Assembly: GCF_963853765.1 (NCBI RefSeq)
Contig: NC_088855.1
Location: forward strand, 21,700,001 to 21,764,000
Reading direction: 5' to 3'
DNA: 64,000 nt
Source of the DNA: Magallana gigas
Taxonomy: Eukaryota
Shown here: positions 62,921 through 64,000 of the stretch, in pieces
Layout: every line of letters starts with the position of its first letter
Numbering within the stretch: the first letter of the stretch is position 1
Notes under the pieces: model-generated
What the model saw: only the letters and a program-made list of their open reading frames with translations
Databases searched by the model: none
Told to the model about the DNA's origin: nothing
Position numbers and translations under genes: made by a program

Positions 62921-64000
62921 TAGACATTGTATGTAGAGTGAAAAATATAATTGAAATGGCCAAACACTTTTGGTTGTTTTCCTATTGTAACCAGCATTTT
63001 GTGAAGGCAAAAAAATATGTACACAAATTTTGTATAGTTATTATATATATATACATGTATATGTGCATTCATTCTTACGCAAATCTCTTGATCTCCCAAG
63101 GTTTTACACAAAATGTCACAGCAATTTGTTATTCATGCATTATTATACTTGTTAACTGTTTTATAAAGGATAAGAATTTTAGGAGGGATGTATTCATAGA
63201 TATTACAAAATCATTGGTTAATGATAATTTATACAACTTCTGACAATTTAAAGTGTTTTTAAGAACTTCATCTTTCGGGGCTATTATAAGGGGAAGGGAG
63301 TTATTAAAGAGGAAAATGATATAAAAGTAGATTTTCCAAAATGATTGTCTTCATTTTAGACTGTTATGCAGTGAAATACATGTACTTGTTATAATTCACA
63401 ATTATAATGGACAATACAATGTGGGGTTTGAAGAAGCCTGATGTACTTGTGTTGCGCAAGCTTCATTGTGAAGGTTGAGTGAGGAAGAAAGAGAGAGAGA
63501 GTAAGAGACACATTTGTTAAGGTGTTGATGAAGCAACTTCTGTTTATATGGAGTCTAGTCACTGGAACATGATGTAATTTGTTTTTGCATAATTTGCTAA
63601 TAAATAAACTTGTTTTTAAAATAATGTTTTTGCTTAATATTAATGTCTGATCTGCATAAAAAGGATAGAAAAGTCACTCGCAAATTTGAGTTCATACGTG
63701 CATGGATTCTTAGATGTATCAGAACTTAATTGTTGATTCATTGGATTCCCCTTCCTTTTTCATTACAACACACCTAATCTTATATATACAATCATATAAA
63801 TATACTACTTCATTGTTTCATTCAATGACAAAATTGTTCTAAAAAGGAAATTTATCCTTTCCTTGGGTTACTTTATTTGAAAGATGACTTGACAAGTGGG
63901 GCTTTTTTTATGGATACCGGTAGTTTATCAGTAAACAGATTCGATGACAAAACGACTACCAGGTACATGAAACATACTAGACTTTCGTCATATCCTGAGT

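Overview
This is an AT-rich, intron-rich eukaryotic (metazoan) window. The repeat families and gene structures suggest a bivalve mollusc, probably an oyster; this is inference. By manual exon assembly (GT-AG boundaries with consistent frames) I recovered seven recognisable genes: the 3' part of a LIV-1-type ZIP/SLC39A metal transporter (+), PPM1D/Wip1 (+), a four-exon FABP (-), STN1 (+), a complete four-exon 3-beta-HSD-family gene nested antisense in STN1 intron 6 (-), SMG9 (+) and Cytospin-A/SPECC1L (+). One unidentified spliced gene made of short phase-0 exons lies at about 36.6-38.6 kb (-) and is invisible to the ORF track. Intergenic and intronic DNA carries non-autonomous DNA transposons (Kolobok-like, hAT-like, a 5-bp-TSD element, TA-flanked MITEs), a 160-bp near-perfect hairpin element, a 37-bp minisatellite and microsatellites. 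I found no rRNA, tRNA or CRISPR array. The best leads are the orphan phase-0 gene, the nested 3-beta-HSD whose first canonical poly(A) signal lies inside an STN1 exon, and the ZIP with an H-to-Q change in its TM5 metal-binding motif. All homology calls come from motif recall, not from database searches.
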